From an uncultured Puniceicoccaceae bacterium (GTDB taxonomy: Bacteria; Verrucomicrobiota; Verrucomicrobiia; Opitutales; Oceanipulchritudinaceae), in the NCBI GenBank assembly GCA_963933835.1, contig CAWVVV010000002.1, positions 96,001 to 160,000 on the forward strand: a DNA stretch of 64,000 nucleotides. The letters are read 5' to 3'. This document shows, in pieces, positions 62,295-64,000 of this stretch. The translations under genes were made by a program, and so were the position numbers. Each line of letters opens with the position of its first letter. Position 1 is the stretch's first letter. The notes below the pieces were generated by a model that ran no database searches, was not told the origin of the DNA, and saw only the letters and a program-made list of their open reading frames with translations.

Positions 62295-63812
62295 ATGGAC
62301 GTTGCTGTCGTTACAGGTGCCTCCTCCGGCTTGGGGTTGGCGATTTCGAATAAATTACTCAGCCTTGGGTTTAAGGTCTATGGTCTTGGGGGAAGCTACG
62401 GTGAAGACGGCCTGAAAAACTCAGGCTTCATTCCGATCAACTGCGACCTAGCTGACCCCGCCATGGTCGAACATATGGCCGGCGAGATCCTAAAAAAGGA
62501 GACCGCGATCAGTGTCTTGGTGAACAACGCCAAGTTCTACCCAGCAGAGTCCTTCACGGATGGAGCGGGCGGTGAGTTTGCCAGCTGCCTGAACATCAAC
62601 CTCCTCTGCCCACTCATACTCGCCCGAGCCTTTTTGCCCGGCTTGCAGAAGGTGCATGGTAAGGTCATCTCGATCAGCCCCGCTACCCCAGAAACCGCCC
62701 GCGGGGGACCCGCCGGAGCCGCAACCTCAGGTGGACTGCGATGGATGCAGGAAGTGCTTTTTCAGCAATACCGCGACGTCGGCGTTAGCTTCTCGACGAT
62801 CTCACCCGAGCCTAACCGCTGGCGCCCGGCCGATAGTCCGAAACCAAGAGGCAAAAAAGCAAAAAGCACGATCGACCCTGCCGCTATTTCTGACGCCGTG
62901 GCCCAAATCGTTCTTAACACGAGCGGCAACCTCATCACCGAGGTGGTCATCCGCCCAGAGCGTCTGACTGAGAACGGCCTGCCCGCTATGCGCGAGTTGC
63001 CGTATCCAAAGCCTCAACCGATCCCTTATACCGTTCCTCGCGAACTCATCGAAGCGGAGGAAATCGTTGAAAGGGAAGAGGAAGATCAAGAATTGCAGCC
63101 TAAACGCCAGCCGCGCAAAAAGCGGGCCCGCAAGCAAGCGAGAGCCGACGACGATCAGTCATCCGAGGACGCCACAGGGAACGAATCAGAAAGCCCTGAA
63201 AATACCGAAACAGAGGGAGAAGAAAGTCCCCCTCGCAGGCGCCGCAGGCGCCGCGGACGCAGGCGTGGTCAAGGCAGTGACGACAATTCAGAAACCCGCC
63301 GCGATGAACCGCGTCGCGATGATAACCGTCGCGACAGTGATGCTAAGCGTGACGCCCCTGTTGAGCGTCGCCGAAGGGAAGAAAAGCCTGCGGCGGACAA
63401 AGCGCCTCGCTCCGATTCGTCCGCTGAAGCGCCCGAGCAGTCCAGCGGAGACGCGAAGCCTTCTCGCCGTCGTCGCCGTGGACGTAAGCCACGCCCGATG
63501 GATGGCGCAGCAAAACCAGGATTCTTTGATCGCTCAAACGAAGCGCAAAGCGAGCAACCGAAGCCAAAAGATCCCGTAAAATCAGAAAAGCGGCCCGCTC
63601 AAAGCGACCGCTCTCCAAGAGCTGAAGATAAGCCGAAGAAAGCGGCCAAAAAGAGCGCCAAAAAAGCAGCGAAGAAGGCCGCCACAAAGGCGACAAAGAA
63701 AACTTCCGCGCCAAAAAAGAAGACAGCGAAAAAGGCTGCCACGAAGAAAGCGGCTAAAAAGGCGCCGCGGAAAAAAGTGGCACGGAAAGCGGTAGAGAAA
63801 AGCGCTGAATAA
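62295..63812 (+). CDS. SDR-fold protein with long disordered Arg-rich and AKK-rich tail
   Basis: 'VTGASSGLG', 'CDL', 'LVNNA'; YxxxK absent; tail 'RRRRRRRGRRRG' and 'KKAAKKSAKKAAKK'. Confidence 0.85.
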   Translation: MDVAVVTGASSGLGLAISNKLLSLGFKVYGLGGSYGEDGLKNSGFIPINCDLADPAMVEHMAGEILKKETAISVLVNNAKFYPAESFTDGAGGEFASCLNINLLCPLILARAFLPGLQKVHGKVISISPATPETARGGPAGAATSGGLRWMQEVLFQQYRDVGVSFSTISPEPNRWRPADSPKPRGKKAKSTIDPAAISDAVAQIVLNTSGNLITEVVIRPERLTENGLPAMRELPYPKPQPIPYTVPRELIEAEEIVEREEEDQELQPKRQPRKKRARKQARADDDQSSEDATGNESESPENTETEGEESPPRRRRRRRGRRRGQGSDDNSETRRDEPRRDDNRRDSDAKRDAPVERRRREEKPAADKAPRSDSSAEAPEQSSGDAKPSRRRRRGRKPRPMDGAAKPGFFDRSNEAQSEQPKPKDPVKSEKRPAQSDRSPRAEDKPKKAAKKSAKKAAKKAATKATKKTSAPKKKTAKKAATKKAAKKAPRKKVARKAVEKSAE

Positions 63813-63830
63813 GCACTCCTCGCTGATACC

Positions 63831-64000
63831 ATGAACCTTCACGTCGTAGACTTCCCGCTCGCCGTCGTTCGTCTCGAACCGTCGGACCCTATCCCTGACT
63901 TCGCGCTCAAAAGCCCGTTCTTCTCGATTACGAAGACAGCCACTGAGCTCTCCCTCTTCCTCGCCGAAGACTGTGTTCCTGAGGGCATGGATGCTTCGAC
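63831..64000 (+). CDS. ACT-domain protein, partial (runs off window)
   Basis: MNLHVVDFPLAVVRLEP...FFSITKTATELSLF matches the N-terminus of small ACT (CASTOR-like) proteins. Confidence 0.7.
   Translation, partial: MNLHVVDFPLAVVRLEPSDPIPDFALKSPFFSITKTATELSLFLAEDCVPEGMDAS

Overview
GC-rich (~55% by eye) bacterial chromosomal window. Gene content (double-length UvrA, DUF5069-like protein, GFTL prepilin cassette, secreted proteins with a '(F/Y)RL' terminal beta module) suggests Verrucomicrobiota, probably Opitutales; this is inference. Most of it is housekeeping: uvrA, rsmG, moeB/thiF-rhodanese, recQ, ptsH, PPK2, trpS, sixA, tRNA-Pro(TGG), thiE, prmA, purN, dnaJ-grpE, ftsK, an RND pump, carB and pyrF. 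No CRISPR array, integrase, transposase, prophage or rRNA was seen. The most notable items are: (1) a stand-alone NRPS-like gene with an unusual GNAT-like/A/PCP/Cys-thioesterase architecture; (2) a CcoI-type heavy-metal P-type ATPase whose whole catalytic P/N region is missing in frame; (3) an SDR lacking its catalytic YxxxK, fused to an Arg-rich and histone-H1-like tail; (4) an ~850-bp ftsK-RND spacer holding two convergent structured sRNA candidates and REP-like inverted doublets; (5) inverted arrays of TGAATGA heptamers on both sides of moeB; (6) a recurring surface-protein module. Frameshifts and nonsense codons are confined to accessory genes and may reflect either real decay or assembly error. 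All calls come from reading the sequence; no searches were run.
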